Shown here: piece by piece, positions 52,322-55,188 of the stretch | Position numbering within the stretch: position 1 is the first letter of the stretch | Layout of the letters: every line of letters starts with the position of its first letter | Assembly: GCA_048213135.1 (NCBI GenBank) | Contig: PS015178.1 | Coordinates: 1 to 55,188, forward strand | Reading direction: 5' to 3' | Length of the DNA: 55,188 nt | Source: Reclinomonas americana ATCC 50394 | Lineage: Eukaryota | Translations under genes and position numbers: made by a program | The notes under the pieces: generated by a model | What the model was told of the DNA's origin: nothing | What the model saw: the letters and a program-made list of their open reading frames with translations, nothing else | Databases searched by the model: none

Positions 52322-52873
52322 TCATGCCACCGCGGCCGTAATGTAAAGCCCCACCACACAACCGTAGCCGAGCACAAACACCACCGATCGCAACGTGGCC
52401 ATGGCGTTGTTGGCGCCCATCAGGTACACGATAATGTACAGAGCGCGCAAGCCGAGGAAACCAATCGACAATCCATTCACCCAACCGCGCTGCGATGCCT
52501 CCATCGGCACCTGCATGTGCGCAATGATGGCAGCGGCTGCGAAGAAGGGCGTCACCTCCAGAGAGTTGAGATGGGCGTTGTAGGCGCGACGACCCCAGCC
52601 TGTGCAATCAGTGAGAGAGAGAGAGAGACACGCGCGCGCTCTCAGACTTGACACGTGCCATCGAGCACTTCAGCTGCTTGCTTGCGAGGGTCCACGTTGT
52701 CGTACTTGCCCTTGTTGCGATGAATCCTGTGTGTGAGTGAGAGAGAGTGAGAGTGTGCATTTTGTGTGTGTGTGTGTGTTTTGTCGCAATGCGCACCATA
52801 CGGATTTGAGTGTCGACGGCACGTACACCAGAATGCCGGCGGCGAGCACACACCAGAGAGGAATGGTCAACAT
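52322..52873 (-). CDS. MAPEG family membrane protein (bacterial-type subfamily)
   Basis: MLTIPLWCVLAAGILVY...KYDNVDPR...GWGRRAYNAHLNSLEVTPFFAAAAIIAH...FLGLRALYIIVY...LRSVVF; two introns. Confidence 0.88.
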
Positions 52874-53323
52874 GCTTGAGAGGAGGGAAGAGACGGAGAG
52901 TCGGTCCTCTGACGTTGCAAATATCAATCGGAAAAACACACCGCGGTCGGTTGCTGGTGGAGGAGGTGTGCGATCGATGGAGGAACAAGTGGTCGTTTAT
53001 GCCCGTGTGCGTGCGAGAGAGAAGAAGAGAAACTGGCGGAGAAAGAGAGAATGCAAATGTCGACGTCGACGTTATTCTCTCTCCTCGCTGCGCACCCAGA
53101 AGGCAATGCAAATGGTGAACATAGAGACACACAAGGAGAAGAGAGAGACAACGTGCACTCGCAGGTGTCACAGCCAGACGACGTTCACGCGCCTTCCAAG
53201 TCGGGCGGACGCACAATTTTGTTATATTTTCGTTGTTGCACCGCGCCACGCACGCACGCACACACACAGTCCACACTCAAGAAAGGACTCACTTACACAC
53301 TTACACACTCGCGCATCATCAAC

Positions 53324-55188
53324 ATGGCAGAACGACTCCGATGGTGTGTCTTGTCTGCATCACTTATATCAGTCACCCGTCTCTCACGCACTTGCTGCTG
53401 TCTCTCTTCCCCTTTTCTCTCTCACACACACAGGTTGGTTCTCGGCGGCACTGGCTTCATTGGCCGGTGAGTCTGTCTGCTTGCTTGCTTGCTTGTGTGT
53501 GTTTTGTGTGTGTGAGGTACACACAATGTCTCACACGCACGCAGCCACCTCGTCAAGTACCTTGTGCGCAACGACTTGGCCTCCAAGATCCGCGTCGTCG
53601 ACAAGATCATGCCCGCACTGGCGTACCTCACTCCCGAGTTTGAGGAGTACTATAACGCGGCTGTTGTCGAGTTCAAGCAGGTGCGTTGTCTCACGCACTC
53701 GCACACAGCAAGAGAGAAGGAGAAGGAGAGAGAGTCTGTATGTGTGCATGTGTGCATCTCACTCTCTCAGAGTGTGCGTGTGCTTGTGCGGGCCCGCTGT
53801 TGTGTGTGGTTGCGGAGAAATGGCCAACTCACTCACACCTTGTCTTCTCTCCCTCCCTCTCCACAGGCCAACCTTGGCAACCCTGGTTGCGTCCCTCTCT
53901 TCCCTCCACACGCCCCTGTGCTGCTTTAACAACAGCAGCAGCAGCAGCATGCAAATGATTGACTTGTTGTTTCTTTTTGGACAAATAACACACAGCTCAT
54001 TTGGCGCGCGCGTTTGACGACCCCGAAGGCACCTTCGACATTGTCGTCAACCTGGCGGCGGAGACCAAGTACGGCCAGGCGGAGGATGTTGCGGCACCAT
54101 TCAAATGTTGATGCATGCACACACATTCGAGTGCTGAATGGCGGCAAAATGCAGGTGTACAAGCAACTCATCCTCGACGTGGCGCTGGCGGTGGCCACCG
54201 AGGCCGTCCGCCGCGGCGGTGTGCGCAAGTTCATTCAAGTGAGCACTGCGCAGATCTACGACTCGTCCAAGGTTCGCTCTTGTTTCATTTTTCTCTGGCT
54301 GGTGAGACAACTGAACTCACTCTGCCGCGTGATCACGAGTAACAGAAGACGAGCACGGAGAGCAGCAAGATCAAGCCGTGGACGCTGCTGGCGCGTTACA
54401 GCCTGGAGGCCGAGGAGGCCCTCCGTGGCATTGCTGGGTGCGCGTGAATCCAAAGTGTGTTTTTCTTCACGTGAGGCGATCTGTGCTGACTGTGTGCTCT
54501 TTGCAGACTGCCGCTGGTGGTCCTGCGACCGGCCATCTGCTATGGCCCGGGCGACCAGAACGGTGTGATGCCGCGCGTCATTTGCGCTGCGTCGTACACC
54601 CAGCTGGGCGAGAAGATGCAGTTCCTGTGGGGCAAGGATCTGCGGTGCGTTCTCTCTGCCTAAGTTTCTCGCCCATCTTAACCCGCTGCTCACTCTCTCC
54701 TTCACTCACTCCAGCATCAACACTGTGCATGTGGCCGACGTGGCGCGTGCCATTCACCACGTGGCCATCACGGCGGCGGCTGGATCCGTGTTCAACCTGT
54801 CCGATGAGGGCGACACGAGTTGCGTCTCCACGAGTTGCTGCGCTGTGTGTTGTTGTTGGTATTCACTGTCTCACGCCCCCCACACACACAACAGACCAGA
54901 AGACCATTGGCAAGATCCTGGAGCGCCTCTTTGGCATCCGCACCGACTACTACGGCTCGATCATGTCGAACTTGGCCAAGCTGAACCTCGAGTCGCTGAC
55001 CGAGGAGGCCAACGACAAGCACATGACGCCGTGGAGTGCGCTGATCAAGGAGTACAACCTCAACACGCCGCTCTCACCGTACCTCGACATTGAGCTGCTG
55101 TACAACAACCCGCTGTCGATTGACGGAGGTGCCATCAAGAGCACCGGATTCAACTATGAGTTCCCGGCAGTTGAGTGGAAGGGGGGAA
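53324..55188 (+). CDS. NAD-dependent epimerase/dehydratase (extended SDR), truncated by the window end
   Basis: LVLGGTGFIGRHLV, IVVNLAAETKYGQ, FIQVSTAQIY, VVLRPAICYGPGD and VHVADVARA. Confidence 0.92.

Overview
This is gene-dense, intron-rich eukaryotic (protist-like) nuclear DNA from a gapped draft assembly, not prokaryotic DNA. I can reconstruct about 28 protein-coding genes, most of them spliced, including a Kelch protein, a two-repeat Myb, pirin, VPS26C, MIS12, LRRC61, COA5, SLC25A32, a PILS transporter, NNF1/PMF1, a WD40 protein, EXO1, RPS2, two TPR+START genes, MsrB, an LRMDA-like protein, mitochondrial Lon, MAPEG and an extended SDR. There are two ncRNAs: a tRNA-Sec(UCA) inside intron 1 of the PILS gene and a C/D snoRNA inside an RPS2 intron. 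The most striking signal is a second major class of 5' splice site, A|GTTGCGT (variants GTTGAGT, GTTACG, GTTTCG). It looks like the normal donor shifted by one nucleotide and occurs at 20 or more introns here. Other notable observations: a CCGCGCGCGA-ATTGG-CACAACGGTCA promoter module shared by mitotic genes, a 54-aa candidate helix-only survivin, an LRR protein with a WH2-like helix and a WASP-like acidic Trp tail, and a mis-oriented contig. All gene models and family calls were made by eye from motif recall; no database searches were run.
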